IMG/VR virus record: IMGVR_UViG_3300046170_000428
Length of the DNA: 64,000 nucleotides
Source: an uncultured virus (IMG/VR IMGVR_UViG_3300046170_000428)
Taxonomy: Duplodnaviria; Heunggongvirae; Uroviricota; Caudoviricetes
Reading direction: 5' to 3' (one strand)
Position 1 is the stretch's first letter; every line of letters starts with the position of its first letter. A program made the position numbers and the translations under genes. Below are positions 1 to 10,478 of the stretch, one piece after another. The notes beneath the pieces were generated by a model that did no database searches, was not told the DNA's origin, and saw nothing but the letters and a program-made list of their open reading frames with translations.

Positions 1-1
1 A

Positions 2-250
2 GCATATGAAGTTTTATCTGGTATGATAAAAAATATATCTGACGTAAACGACCGCTTAATGATATTAAATAAAGGTAAAAAAGAACTTGAGAAAAAGAAT
101 GAAACGACCGAAGTAAATAATACACAAAATAATTTCTACTTAGGTTCAACTGCAGACGTACAACGTTTGCTAAAAGGCGATTTAATAGATGTCACACGAA
201 CAGGCGGTGAAAGCGAGAGCGACTCGGGAGACGTATCTAGGGAATCCTAA
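2..250 (+). CDS. 16: terminase small subunit (gp16-like), 5'-truncated
   Basis: Frame is open from the window start (AYEVLSGMIK...); ends in NNFYLGSTADVQRLL; lies directly before the large terminase. Confidence 0.8.
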   Translation, partial: AYEVLSGMIKNISDVNDRLMILNKGKKELEKKNETTEVNNTQNNFYLGSTADVQRLLKGDLIDVTRTGGESESDSGDVSRES

Positions 251-1847
251 TGTTAAGCGCGATGGTGTTGCTGAACAATGGACTCAAGAGTCAATTCTTG
301 AATATAAAAAATGTATGGATAATCCCATATATTTTTCACAAAAATATATAAAGGTTATTTCACTTGATGAGGGTTTAGTACCGTTTGATCTGTATCCTTA
401 TCAACAAGAAATGTTTGGGAGATTCAATGAGCATAGGTTTAATATTATATTGGCTTGCAGACAATCAGGTAAATCCATATCGGTTTGTGCCTACTTGCTC
501 TGGTATGCGCTGTTTCATCCGGAAAAGACTGTGGCCATTCTCGCTAACAAAGCATCAACCGCAAGAGAAATGCTCTCCCGGATCACGCTTATGCTTGAAA
601 ACTTACCGTTCTTTTTACAAGCAGGAACAAAAGCTCTTAACAAAGGTTCACTTGAGTTTGGCAATAATTCTCGAATTATTACTGCTGCAACCACTGGTTC
701 TTCTATCCGTGGTCTTAGTATCAATTTGCTTTATCTCGATGAATTTGCATTCGTAGAAAAAGCTGCAGAATTTTATACTTCTACATATCCTGTTGTATCT
801 GCTGGTAAAGATACCAAAGTCATTATCACATCTACGGCAAATGGTATTGGTAATATGTTTTACAAGATTTGGGAAGGTGCAGTACAATCAGTTAATGAAT
901 TTACTCCATTTCGTGTTGATTGGTGGGATGTTCCAGGCCGTGATGAGGAATGGAAACAACAAACAATTAACAATACATCAAAATTGCAGTTCGATCAAGA
1001 ATTTGGTAATACGTTTTTCGGTACAGGTGATACCCTAATTAGTGCTGAAGCCCTTATGGAATTAAGAGCTAAACAGCCTAAAAGACATATTGAACAAGGT
1101 GATGGTTCTGTATACTCAGATCCAGAAAAAGGTAAAGAGTATATTATGTGTGTAGATGTTGGAAAGGGAAGAGGACAGGACTATTCTACATTTACTTTAA
1201 TCGATATTAGCGTAAAACCATTTGAACAGGTAGCTGTTTACCGTAACAATACTATTTCTCCATTACTCTTCCCTACTATTATATATAAGTATGCGAAATT
1301 ATACAATAATGCATATGTTATTGTAGAGTCAAATGATCAGGGTTCTCTAGTAGCAAACGGCTTATATCAAGAACTTGAATATGATAATGTGCATATGGAA
1401 TCTGCGGTAAAGGCAAATGCTATTGGTCAGGCTATGACTCGTAGAGTTAAAAGATTAGGTTGTTCTGGCTTAAAAGATCTTATTGAAACGAATAAACTTA
1501 AAATTTATGATGAACAAACTATCCTTGAAATATCTACATTTGTTGCAAAAGGTAATTCATATGAAGCCTCAGAAGGTAATAATGATGATTTAATCATGAA
1601 TTTAGTTATGTTTGGTTATTTTGCTCAAACACAATTCTTTAATGATATGACCGATATCAATCTAAAAGAAATGTTGTTTAAACAAAGAATGGCTGAAATT
1701 GAAGCTGATATTGTACCATTTGGTTGGGTAGATGATGGTTCTGAATGGATTAAATCAATTGAAGAAGAAGAAATTGTAAGAGCGGGTAATGAACCTGAAT
1801 CTCCAGATTGGCTTATTGATATGGAACAGCAAAACGACCGCTGGTAA
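189..1847 (+). CDS. 17: terminase large subunit (gp17)
   Basis: YLGNPN, Walker A RQSGKS, Walker B LYLDEFAF, nuclease DVGKGRGQDYS. Confidence 0.97.
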   Translation: MSHEQAVKARATRETYLGNPNVKRDGVAEQWTQESILEYKKCMDNPIYFSQKYIKVISLDEGLVPFDLYPYQQEMFGRFNEHRFNIILACRQSGKSISVCAYLLWYALFHPEKTVAILANKASTAREMLSRITLMLENLPFFLQAGTKALNKGSLEFGNNSRIITAATTGSSIRGLSINLLYLDEFAFVEKAAEFYTSTYPVVSAGKDTKVIITSTANGIGNMFYKIWEGAVQSVNEFTPFRVDWWDVPGRDEEWKQQTINNTSKLQFDQEFGNTFFGTGDTLISAEALMELRAKQPKRHIEQGDGSVYSDPEKGKEYIMCVDVGKGRGQDYSTFTLIDISVKPFEQVAVYRNNTISPLLFPTIIYKYAKLYNNAYVIVESNDQGSLVANGLYQELEYDNVHMESAVKANAIGQAMTRRVKRLGCSGLKDLIETNKLKIYDEQTILEISTFVAKGNSYEASEGNNDDLIMNLVMFGYFAQTQFFNDMTDINLKEMLFKQRMAEIEADIVPFGWVDDGSEWIKSIEEEEIVRAGNEPESPDWLIDMEQQNDRW

Positions 1848-1863
1848 TGGAATTTTAAAATAT

Positions 1864-1913
1864 TATAAATACTATTGAAATTGAAAATAATCGTATCATG
1901 CATCATATAAATA
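1864..1913 (+). promoter_or_regulatory. two T4-type late promoters (TATAAATA at 1864 and 1906)
   Basis: Exact gp55 consensus upstream of the tail sheath gene. Confidence 0.8.
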
Positions 1914-1931
1914 ATCCAATGAGGTAAACCA

Positions 1932-3713
1932 ATGGCACTTTTTGCACCATCTCAAAGTCCTGCAGTCATAGTTAAAGAGGTAGATCTAACAGGCGGAGTG
2001 CCTAATGTTCAAACCTCGACAGGTATGTATGTAGGTAAATTTATGTGGGGTCCCGCGGATGAAAGAAGATTAATCGCTAATGAAGAAGAACTAACAGAAA
2101 CATACGGCGCACCTAATTCATCTCATTCTATAGACTACCACGACGCTGCGTATTTTTTACGCTATTCAAATACTTTGCAAATATCTCGTCTAGTTGATTC
2201 ATCAGCTAATAATGCTGTTTCAACAACAGGACAGACATCTGCATATGCAGTTGGAACGTATACTCTTCCGACTGTTAAAAACGACGAAAATTTTTTAGTA
2301 CAACAAGGTGCTTTAGATTCGGATGGACATACTTTTATCGGTAGATTTCCTGGATCTTTAGCTAACTCACTTCGTGTGTCAATATGTCCACCATCACTTA
2401 ATGATTCTGCTTTTGACGGTTGGACTTATAAATCATCATTCGATGCCGCACCGAGTACATCAACATTTGCATCAAATAATGATGGTACAAATGATGAGGT
2501 TCACGTAGCAATTGTCGATGTAAATGGTGAATTTTCAGGAACAAAAGGTACAGTCCTTGAGACTTATCCTTATCTTTCTGTTGCAACCAACGCGGTAAAT
2601 GCTGACGACGGAGGAAATATTTACGTAAAAGATGTAATTAATACTAATTCAAAGTATGTACATTTTGTAGATTTTGACTCTAATTTTACAAACTTTGGTA
2701 GTGCTGGTACAGCTATCACTCCAGGTACTAGTAAAGATTTCTTAGGAACTGCGGTTCAAACTTCTACAGTTGCTAACTTTGCTTTTGATTCAGGTGTAGA
2801 TACCGGTACACTATCAACTGGCATCTATCTATCTGGTTTCGATCTTTTTGAAGATAAAGACGTAGTCGAAATCGATTTCATGATAGCTCCAGGAATGAGT
2901 GCGAGAGCTGATCAAACTACCGTTGTTAATGACTTAATTGCAATTGCTGCTGACCGTAAAGACTGTGTAGTTGTATCTGGTCCAGCTAGAACTGATATCG
3001 TAAATGTAAATGGCGATGCTACTATTACAACAAATGTTGTTGCTACTGCTGAAACATTTACAAGATCAAGTTATAACATTGTAGCTGGTAACTATTTGAA
3101 AGTTTATGACAAATACAATGATAAGTTTATAGACATTCCTGCATCATCTTCACTTGCAGGTCTTATGGCTGAAACTGATAGAGTTGCTGCACCATGGTTC
3201 TCGCCCGCAGGTACAAGACGGGGTGGATTACTTGGTGTAACATCGCTAAATTATAACCCAAATAAAACACGTAGAGATACATTATATAAATCTGGAATTA
3301 ACCCAATTGTTAATCTTCCAGGTCAAGGTATCTTATTATTCGGTGATAAAACTGGTCTTGCAAGACCTTCTGCGTTCGATCGTATTAATGTACGAAGATT
3401 GTTCCTTACTCTTGAGAGAGCAATTGAAAGAGCCGCTAAAAACGTTCTCTTTGAATTCAACGATGAATTTACAAGAGCTGAGTTCGTAAATATTATTGAG
3501 CCAGTACTTAGAGATGTTAAAGGCCGACGTGGTATTACAGATTTCAGAGTTATTGCGGATGAAACCGTTAATACTGCAGAAGTCATAGATAGAAATGAGT
3601 TTATTGCTAATATTCTTATTAAGCCTGCTCGCTCTATCAATTTTATCACACTTAACTTTGTCGCTGTCAGAACCGGTGTTTCCTTTGAGGAAATTGCTGG
3701 TCAAGCATTCTAA
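1932..3713 (+). CDS. 18: tail sheath protein (gp18)
   Basis: SPAVIVKEVD, WFSPAG, FDRINVRRLF, KPARSINFITLNF. Confidence 0.97.
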   Translation: MALFAPSQSPAVIVKEVDLTGGVPNVQTSTGMYVGKFMWGPADERRLIANEEELTETYGAPNSSHSIDYHDAAYFLRYSNTLQISRLVDSSANNAVSTTGQTSAYAVGTYTLPTVKNDENFLVQQGALDSDGHTFIGRFPGSLANSLRVSICPPSLNDSAFDGWTYKSSFDAAPSTSTFASNNDGTNDEVHVAIVDVNGEFSGTKGTVLETYPYLSVATNAVNADDGGNIYVKDVINTNSKYVHFVDFDSNFTNFGSAGTAITPGTSKDFLGTAVQTSTVANFAFDSGVDTGTLSTGIYLSGFDLFEDKDVVEIDFMIAPGMSARADQTTVVNDLIAIAADRKDCVVVSGPARTDIVNVNGDATITTNVVATAETFTRSSYNIVAGNYLKVYDKYNDKFIDIPASSSLAGLMAETDRVAAPWFSPAGTRRGGLLGVTSLNYNPNKTRRDTLYKSGINPIVNLPGQGILLFGDKTGLARPSAFDRINVRRLFLTLERAIERAAKNVLFEFNDEFTRAEFVNIIEPVLRDVKGRRGITDFRVIADETVNTAEVIDRNEFIANILIKPARSINFITLNFVAVRTGVSFEEIAGQAF

Positions 3714-3730
3714 TCTAGGGAGGATAAACT

Positions 3731-4267
3731 ATGGCACTTGGTAGTGTAGACGAATTTAAGGCTAGGCTTACTGGTGGTGGTGCTCGTGGTAATCTTTTCC
3801 AGATTACACTTGCAAATCCGCGAGGAGGTTTAGGCGTAAATCTTGATATCGATTTCGCATCATTTATGTGCGAAAGCGGTCAGCTTCCAGCATCAACTGT
3901 AAATACTATTGAAATTCCATTTCGTGGTAGACAGTTAAAAATTGCTGGAGACAGAGTATTTGAACCATGGACAGTATCGGTAATTAATGATACTGGGTTC
4001 AAAATTAGAGACGAAATGGAAAGATGGATGAATGCGATTGCTAACCATGCAGATGCTGGTGGTACTCAAAATCCAGAACTTTATTTTGCAGATCTATCAG
4101 TTCAGCAATTTGATCGTGATGAAAGAGTCATTAAGACTTACACGTTCAAAGATGCATGGCCTTCATCAGTATCTGCAATAGAACTTTCTTATGCTGATGC
4201 CGAAGTCGAAAGATTTCAAATAGAATGGCAATATCAGTATTGGACTTCAAATACTACTGATCAATAA
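3731..4267 (+). CDS. 19: tail tube protein (gp19)
   Basis: GGARGNLF, PFRGRQLKIAGDRVFEPW. Confidence 0.95.
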   Translation: MALGSVDEFKARLTGGGARGNLFQITLANPRGGLGVNLDIDFASFMCESGQLPASTVNTIEIPFRGRQLKIAGDRVFEPWTVSVINDTGFKIRDEMERWMNAIANHADAGGTQNPELYFADLSVQQFDRDERVIKTYTFKDAWPSSVSAIELSYADAEVERFQIEWQYQYWTSNTTDQ

Positions 4268-4281
4268 AACTGATATATAGA

Positions 4282-4306
4282 AGGAGAGCAGGAAAACTGC
4301 TCTCCT
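4282..4306 (+). other. 10-bp stem hairpin between gp19 and gp20
   Basis: aggagagcag-gaaaa-ctgctctcct; no U-tract, so it may be a stability/processing hairpin or a weak terminator. Confidence 0.6.
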
Positions 4307-4327
4307 CTCATATTATAAGGAATTCTA

Positions 4328-5866
4328 ATGGCAGACGACGGATTCAAACTATTTGGTTTTGAAATAAAACGCGCAAAGAACGAAGATCCAAATAAGGCAC
4401 CTTCGATCGTACCCGCGCGCGATGAAGACGGTGCTGGTTATATTACCGCATCTGGATCCCACTATGGTCAATATATTAATTTAGACGGCAATCAAGCTAA
4501 AGATAACCACGAGCTAATTATGAAATATCGTGGTGTTGCTATGCACCCTGAAGTTGATGCCGCTATTGAAGACATTGTTAACGAGGCAATCACTGGTGGA
4601 GAAGAGCCAGTTAATTTAAGACTTGATAATCTTAAAGCTTCAGCTTCAATTAAAAAACAAATTAGAGAAGAGTTTGATAACATAGCAAATATGTTGAATT
4701 TTAATGAACTCGGACACGATATTTTTAGAAGATGGTATGTAGATGGTAGAGTATATCATCATCTCGTAGTTGAAGAAAATAATTTAGCCGCAGGCATTAA
4801 AGATATTAGGCCTATTGATTCGGCAAGAATTCGTAAAGTAAAGGAAATTAAAAAGAAAAAAGATCCAAAGACCGGTGCGAGTATTATTAGTAAGGTAGAT
4901 GAATATTTCATTTATCAAGAAAAACCTGGAATTCAATCTCAAGGCGTTAAACTGAGTCTTGACTCAGTTAATTATATTACTTCTGGCCTACTTGATGAAA
5001 AACGACAAAAGGTTTTATCATATTTACATAAGGCACTAAAACCTATTAATCAGCTTAGAATGATGGAAGACTCTTTAGTCATTTATCGTTTAGCAAGAGC
5101 GCCAGAGCGTAGAATCTTTTATATTGATGTTGGTAACCTACCTCGTAGTAAAGCCGAACAATATATGAAAGATATTATGACACGATATCGTAATAAACTT
5201 GTTTATGATCAAAGTACTGGTGAGATTAAAGATGATAGAAAACATCAGTCACTTCTTGAAGACTTCTGGTTGCCAAGACGTGAAGGTGGTAAGGGTACAG
5301 AAATTAGCACATTGCCTGGCGGTGAAAACTTAGGACAAATCGAAGATATTTTTTACTTTCAAAAGAAAGTTTATCGTGCACTGAATGTACCATTAAATAG
5401 ATTAGAACAAGAACAACAATATTCTCTTGGAAGAGCAACAGAAATTAATCGTGATGAAATTAAATTTCAAAAATATATCGATAGATTAAGAACAAGATTT
5501 AGTTACTTATTCTTAGGTATTTTGAAAACTCAATTAATTTTAAAAGGTATTATTACTGAAGACGATTGGACAGGTATGAGAAATCATATTCTTGTTGATT
5601 TCGCAAGAGACAATTATTTTACAGAATTAAAAGAATCTGAAATTTTAAGAGAAAGAATTCAAACACTAGACATGGTAAGTGGATACGTAGGTGAGTATTT
5701 CTCTAAAGAATGGGTAATGCAAAATGTACTTCACATGACACCAGATGAAGTCGATAGAATGGAAAAGGATGCGGCAGACGATCAACCGTTTGATAAAGAA
5801 AATCCGAATCCGGAACCACAGCAAGACCCAAATGATGACTTAAAAACAGGAGATGATAATGAGTGA
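4328..5866 (+). CDS. 20: portal vertex protein (gp20)
   Basis: YRLARAPERRIFYIDVGNLP, EDFWLPRREGGKGTEI. Confidence 0.97.
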   Translation: MADDGFKLFGFEIKRAKNEDPNKAPSIVPARDEDGAGYITASGSHYGQYINLDGNQAKDNHELIMKYRGVAMHPEVDAAIEDIVNEAITGGEEPVNLRLDNLKASASIKKQIREEFDNIANMLNFNELGHDIFRRWYVDGRVYHHLVVEENNLAAGIKDIRPIDSARIRKVKEIKKKKDPKTGASIISKVDEYFIYQEKPGIQSQGVKLSLDSVNYITSGLLDEKRQKVLSYLHKALKPINQLRMMEDSLVIYRLARAPERRIFYIDVGNLPRSKAEQYMKDIMTRYRNKLVYDQSTGEIKDDRKHQSLLEDFWLPRREGGKGTEISTLPGGENLGQIEDIFYFQKKVYRALNVPLNRLEQEQQYSLGRATEINRDEIKFQKYIDRLRTRFSYLFLGILKTQLILKGIITEDDWTGMRNHILVDFARDNYFTELKESEILRERIQTLDMVSGYVGEYFSKEWVMQNVLHMTPDEVDRMEKDAADDQPFDKENPNPEPQQDPNDDLKTGDDNE

Positions 5867-6155
5867 TAATGTTGAAACGGAAAATTCTTTCGCCGATTTG
5901 GTCGATGCCGCTTTAGCTAAAGATTATAATAAGGCAAATGAGATTTTTGGTGCAGCGATCGCAGCTAAACAGAATGATGTTTTAGATCAAGAAAGAATCA
6001 AAGTTGCTGGTCAAATTTTTAACGGAGTAGAAGATGAAGAAGAAGTGGAAGATTCTGAAGATCTGGCTAATGATAATGGCGATCAAGAAGACACTGATTT
6101 GGATGACGATAGCGAAGATACTGAAGAAGATAATTCCTCTGAAGTGGAAAAATAA
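5859..6155 (+). CDS. acidic prohead core protein (gp67-like)
   Basis: Position between gp20 and gp21; very acidic; GGAG RBS before the ATG at 5859. Confidence 0.65.
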   Translation: MSDNVETENSFADLVDAALAKDYNKANEIFGAAIAAKQNDVLDQERIKVAGQIFNGVEDEEEVEDSEDLANDNGDQEDTDLDDDSEDTEEDNSSEVEK

Positions 6156-6160
6156 AAACA

Positions 6161-6168
6161 TATAAATA
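6161..6168 (+). promoter_or_regulatory. late promoter TATAAATA
   Basis: Consensus upstream of gp21. Confidence 0.75.
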
Positions 6169-6199
6169 TAATATGTAAAGTAATTAAAAGGTTTGTGCA

Positions 6200-6856
6200 A
6201 TGAAACTTATTTCAGAATTTGTAGATCATCAAATTGGCTACAATATTATTACCGAAGAAAAGTCCGGTAAAAAAAAGTATGTTATTGAAGGCGTATTTGC
6301 ACAAGCAGATATGAAGAATCGTAATGGTCGAATATATCCGAAAGGGATCATGGAAAAAGCTATCGGTAATTATGTCGAAAAGCAAGTATCCAAGGGTCGC
6401 GCGGTTGGTGAGTTAAATCACCCTGAAGGTCCGACTGTTAATTTAGATAAAGTTTCTCATAAGATCGAATCTCTTCAATTTGAAGGAAACGATGTTATGG
6501 GCAAAGCCACAGTATTAGATACTCCAATGGGGATGATCGTTCAAGGTCTACTCGATGGTGGTGTTCAACTGGGCGTTTCGACTCGTGGTATGGGAAGTTT
6601 GCAGCAACAAGCTGGCGCAATGGTCGTCAAAGACGACTTTATGCTTAACGCGATTGATATCGTGCAAGATCCATCTGCACCAAGTGCTTTTGTTAATGGA
6701 GTTATGGAAGGTGTTGATTGGGTTTGGGATAACGGCATCTTGTCCGCTCAAACAATTGAAAAAATGGAGACTGAAATTAAAAAAGCTCCACGAAAAGATC
6801 TCTATGAGGTACAGGTTCGTGAGTTCAAGAATTTCCTCTCGTTACTCAAAAATTAG
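6200..6856 (+). CDS. 21: prohead protease (gp21)
   Basis: NRNGRIYP, GELNHP, GVSTRGMGS, DPSAPSA. Confidence 0.96.
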   Translation: MKLISEFVDHQIGYNIITEEKSGKKKYVIEGVFAQADMKNRNGRIYPKGIMEKAIGNYVEKQVSKGRAVGELNHPEGPTVNLDKVSHKIESLQFEGNDVMGKATVLDTPMGMIVQGLLDGGVQLGVSTRGMGSLQQQAGAMVVKDDFMLNAIDIVQDPSAPSAFVNGVMEGVDWVWDNGILSAQTIEKMETEIKKAPRKDLYEVQVREFKNFLSLLKN

Positions 6857-6874
6857 TAAAAGGGAGTCAATAAA

Positions 6875-7945
6875 ATGACTGATGAAAATCAAGATGTTGA
6901 ACTCCATGATGAGACCGATGAGGAAATCATGGAAGCAAAACACGGAAAAAAGAAAGTCATGGCTGCAAAGCAAAATGACCAAGAAATGGAAGAGCAAGCC
7001 GATGAGGATGACTCAATTCCAATAACTACAAAACCTGCACCAAAGCGTACAGGCGATAAAGGTACTCAAGACCCTATGCCTAAAACTAAGGCTGCAATAA
7101 TGGCTGCAATGATGACAAAGCTTCAAGCTATGAATAAAACTGATTTGCAAGCTATGTACAACATGGAAGGTTTCGAAGGTGAAGACGGTGAAGTTGTAGT
7201 AGAAGCTCCAAAGGCTGACATTGCATACGAAGCTAACTTCGAAGACGACCTAAATGCATTAGTTTCTGAAGAGGCAACACTTTCAAATGAATTCAAAGGC
7301 AAAGCTGCTACAATTTTTGAAGCCGCTATTAAGTCTAAGCTTTCAGCTGAAGTTAATCGTCTTGAAGAAAAGTACAATGAAGAGCTAGCCGAAGAAGTTG
7401 CAAGCACTAAAGCTGACATGGTAGAAAAGATTGATTCATATCTTAACTACGTAGTAGAGCAGTGGATTGAAGACAACAAGGTTGCTGTTCAAGCAGGTCT
7501 ACGTACAGAGATTGCTGAAAAATTCATGAATAATCTGAAAGGATTATTTGTAGAATCTTACATCGATGTACCAGAGTCAAAAGTCGACTTAGTTGACGAA
7601 CTTGCTCAAGAAGTTGCAGAACTCGAAGAGACTACAAATTCTCAAACAAGCAAGATCATCGAAATGACTGAGGAGTTAGAAAATTATAAGCGTGACGAAG
7701 CAATTCGTGAAGCTTCTGACGGTCTAGCGCAAACTCAGATCGAGAAATTAAAATCTCTTGTAGCTGATATCGATTTTGGCGATAATTTCGCTGAAAAGGT
7801 AGCAACTGTAAAAGAATCATATTTCAAAAACAAAGCGGTAGACAAAACAGCCGGTGACGATCAGATTGAAGAAACTTTTGAAGTTGAAACTTCTGATGCC
7901 ATGGGTCAGTACTTGAATGCCATTAAACGCCAAAATAAATCCTAA
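6875..7945 (+). CDS. 22: prohead scaffold/core protein (gp22)
   Basis: KAATIFEAA, DSYLNYVVEQW, synteny. Confidence 0.93.
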   Translation: MTDENQDVELHDETDEEIMEAKHGKKKVMAAKQNDQEMEEQADEDDSIPITTKPAPKRTGDKGTQDPMPKTKAAIMAAMMTKLQAMNKTDLQAMYNMEGFEGEDGEVVVEAPKADIAYEANFEDDLNALVSEEATLSNEFKGKAATIFEAAIKSKLSAEVNRLEEKYNEELAEEVASTKADMVEKIDSYLNYVVEQWIEDNKVAVQAGLRTEIAEKFMNNLKGLFVESYIDVPESKVDLVDELAQEVAELEETTNSQTSKIIEMTEELENYKRDEAIREASDGLAQTQIEKLKSLVADIDFGDNFAEKVATVKESYFKNKAVDKTAGDDQIEETFEVETSDAMGQYLNAIKRQNKS

Positions 7946-7959
7946 GGGAGTAAAGTAAA

Positions 7960-9291
7960 ATGCAAAATACAGTATCTTACGATAGGCTCGTTGAAAAATG
8001 GGCACCAGTACTAAATGAAGAATCTGCTGGTAATATCAAAGATTCACATAGAAGAGCTGTAACAGCTGCTGTTCTTGAGAATCAGGAAATTGCTTTAAAA
8101 GAAGAAGCAATCCTTAACGAAACAACTAATGCTGCAAGCGTAGCAAACTGGAATCCAGTACTTATAGCGCTTGTAAGAAGAGCAATGCCAAACCTTGTTG
8201 CTTATGATATCTGTGGTGTTCAGCCTATGACTGGTCCAACAGGTCTTATCTTCGCAATGAAGTCAGAATTCCAAAAAACAAAAGCTGGAGTTGCTGTTGG
8301 CGAAGAAGCTCTATTCAACGAAGCACCAGTCGGTTACTCAGGTGACTCTGCTGTTACTGGTAACGGTGCAGCTGGTCCATCTGGTTTAGCTGGTACACTA
8401 GACGGCGACAATGACTCAACAATCATTGACTCTGAAGGTGATCACGTACCTTATGCTGGTGATGCATATACAACAGCTGAAGCTGAAGTATTGTCAGTTG
8501 GTTCAAACGAAACAATTGCAACAATGGGATTCACCATTGAAAAAGCAACTGTGACAGCCAAGTCAAGAGCGCTAAAAGCTAACTACACTGTAGAACTTGC
8601 TCAAGACCTTAAGGCTATTCATGGCCTAGACGCTGAGACAGAATTGGCAAATATCTTGTCAACTGAAATCTTGGCTGAAATCAACAGAGAAGTTGTAAGA
8701 ACTGTAAATAGACAAGCTAAAATCGGTTCAAGACAAACTTCAAACCAGACACTCGGTATCTTTGACTTGTCAACAGACGCTGATGGTAGATGGTCAGTTG
8801 AGAAGTACAAAGGTCTAATCATGCAGATCGAAAGAGAAGCAAATACTATTGCTAAAGAAACACGTAGAGGTAAGGGTAACTTTATTTTGTGTTCTTCAGA
8901 CGTAGCCGCTGCTCTTAACGCTGCTGGTATGCTTGACTACACTCCTGCACTTAGTTCAAATCTAAACGTTGACGACACTGGTAACACTTTTGCTGGTACA
9001 CTTAACGGTAGATTAAAAGTGTATATTGATCCCTATTCAACAAGAGATTATATCAACGTTGGTTATAAGGGAACTAACCCATACGACGCAGGTCTATTCT
9101 ACTGCCCATACGTACCATTAACAATGGTTAAGGCAGTTGGCGAGGAAGATTTCCAGCCAAGAATCGGCTTCAAGACTAGATACGGTATGGTATCAAACCC
9201 ATATGTTGGTTCAGCACCTGCTAACGGTCTTGCTTCTGATCGTACTAACCAGTACTACAGAATATCTGCAATAAATAATTTGCTTACATAA
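7960..9291 (+). CDS. 23: major capsid protein (gp23)
   Basis: KWAPVL, GVQPMTGPTGLIFAM, ELAQDLKAIHGLDAE, FQPRIGFKTRYG. Confidence 0.98.
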   Translation: MQNTVSYDRLVEKWAPVLNEESAGNIKDSHRRAVTAAVLENQEIALKEEAILNETTNAASVANWNPVLIALVRRAMPNLVAYDICGVQPMTGPTGLIFAMKSEFQKTKAGVAVGEEALFNEAPVGYSGDSAVTGNGAAGPSGLAGTLDGDNDSTIIDSEGDHVPYAGDAYTTAEAEVLSVGSNETIATMGFTIEKATVTAKSRALKANYTVELAQDLKAIHGLDAETELANILSTEILAEINREVVRTVNRQAKIGSRQTSNQTLGIFDLSTDADGRWSVEKYKGLIMQIEREANTIAKETRRGKGNFILCSSDVAAALNAAGMLDYTPALSSNLNVDDTGNTFAGTLNGRLKVYIDPYSTRDYINVGYKGTNPYDAGLFYCPYVPLTMVKAVGEEDFQPRIGFKTRYGMVSNPYVGSAPANGLASDRTNQYYRISAINNLLT

Positions 9292-9312
9292 GCAAGTTAG
9301 CAATATTCAAAG

Positions 9313-9339
9313 AAAAGGGTCCCGACGGGACCCTTTTTT
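9313..9339 (+). terminator. rho-independent terminator after gp23
   Basis: aaaagggtccc-gac-gggaccc followed by a T-run. Confidence 0.9.
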
Positions 9340-9344
9340 ATTTG

Positions 9345-9352
9345 TATAAATA
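9345..9352 (+). promoter_or_regulatory. late promoter TATAAATA
   Basis: Consensus immediately after the terminator. Confidence 0.8.
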
Positions 9353-9372
9353 AGACATATAAGGAATATAAC

Positions 9373-9510
9373 ATGGCAAAACAATATCAAGTCACAGTTC
9401 ATGAACCTACATTTTCGAAAACAAATATAGGAAGAAAGCCTTCATTGTGTAAAATGAATAAACATAAAAGGCGTTCTTATAAGATGTACAGAGGACAGGG
9501 TAAAAAATAA
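9373..9510 (+). CDS. small basic protein (45 aa, ends KMYRGQGKK)
   Basis: AAGGA RBS; stop overlaps the gp3 start (TAATG); not in the ORF track. Confidence 0.75.
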   Translation: MAKQYQVTVHEPTFSKTNIGRKPSLCKMNKHKRRSYKMYRGQGKK

Positions 9511-10010
9511 TGGCAGAACTTACTACAAATTTAAATTACTTACAGCCTACTGGGTTTAAGGTATCAATCGACAGAGAAAATTATCCAAATCTAGAATTTT
9601 TCTGTCAAGGTGTATCGCATCCAGATATTACACTTGCTGCCGGAGAAATGCCATTTAGGAAGATTCGAAATATTCCCATTCCTGGTGGTGAATTAGATTT
9701 TGGCGAATTAACATTAACTACTATTGTCGATGAAGATATGAATGCGTACTCAGAAATGAATAGTTGGATGAGGCGTATTCTTGATAATCCTTTATTAGGT
9801 CCACTTGATAGAAGTGATACTGCTGTACCATCAACTGCTGATATTACGTTAGTAGTTTTAAATAGTCATAATAATAAAACGCGATCAATACGATATCAAG
9901 AATGTACACCTACTACTCTTGGTGGTATTGAATTCCAATCTACATCGGGTGGTACGGAATATTTAACATGCCAAATGTCATTTAGATTCCTTGATTTTGA
10001 ATTAATATAG
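9510..10010 (+). CDS. 3: tail completion/sheath stabiliser (gp3-like)
   Basis: NYLQPTGF, FFCQ, VDEDM; syntenic after gp23. Confidence 0.85.
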   Translation: MAELTTNLNYLQPTGFKVSIDRENYPNLEFFCQGVSHPDITLAAGEMPFRKIRNIPIPGGELDFGELTLTTIVDEDMNAYSEMNSWMRRILDNPLLGPLDRSDTAVPSTADITLVVLNSHNNKTRSIRYQECTPTTLGGIEFQSTSGGTEYLTCQMSFRFLDFELI

Positions 10011-10034
10011 ATAATATTTTATTATGGAGATATC

Positions 10035-10478
10035 ATGATTGATATAAAAGAAGTCCTTGCCGACTGGGTAGAGGACAGTAAACTTAGTATGCAACTAGAC
10101 GAAGATTCTCGTAACACCCCGTTACTACATGCAAAATATCTTGAAAAATTAGCTAATGCCAAACTTTTATTAAAAAGATCAGAGTTTTCACAAAAGACTT
10201 TACTTAAACAAAAATGGGAATGGTATAATGGTAAGATGGATGAAGCTACTGTAAAAGAACTTGGTTGGAATCCAGACCCTTTTAATGGTTTAAAAATTAT
10301 GAAAGGTGATATGGACTATTATTATGATTCTGATCCTGAAATACAGAAGTCAGAAGAAAAAATTCAATATTATAAAACACTCGTAGAAACACTTACAGAA
10401 ATAGTAAATAATTTAAATTGGCGACATCAAACGATTGGAAATATTATTAAATGGAAGCAATTCGAATCAGGCGGTTAA
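10035..10478 (+). CDS. uvsY: recombination mediator UvsY
   Basis: PLLHAKYL, WEWYNGK, RHQTIGNIIKWKQF. Confidence 0.88.
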   Translation: MIDIKEVLADWVEDSKLSMQLDEDSRNTPLLHAKYLEKLANAKLLLKRSEFSQKTLLKQKWEWYNGKMDEATVKELGWNPDPFNGLKIMKGDMDYYYDSDPEIQKSEEKIQYYKTLVETLTEIVNNLNWRHQTIGNIIKWKQFESGG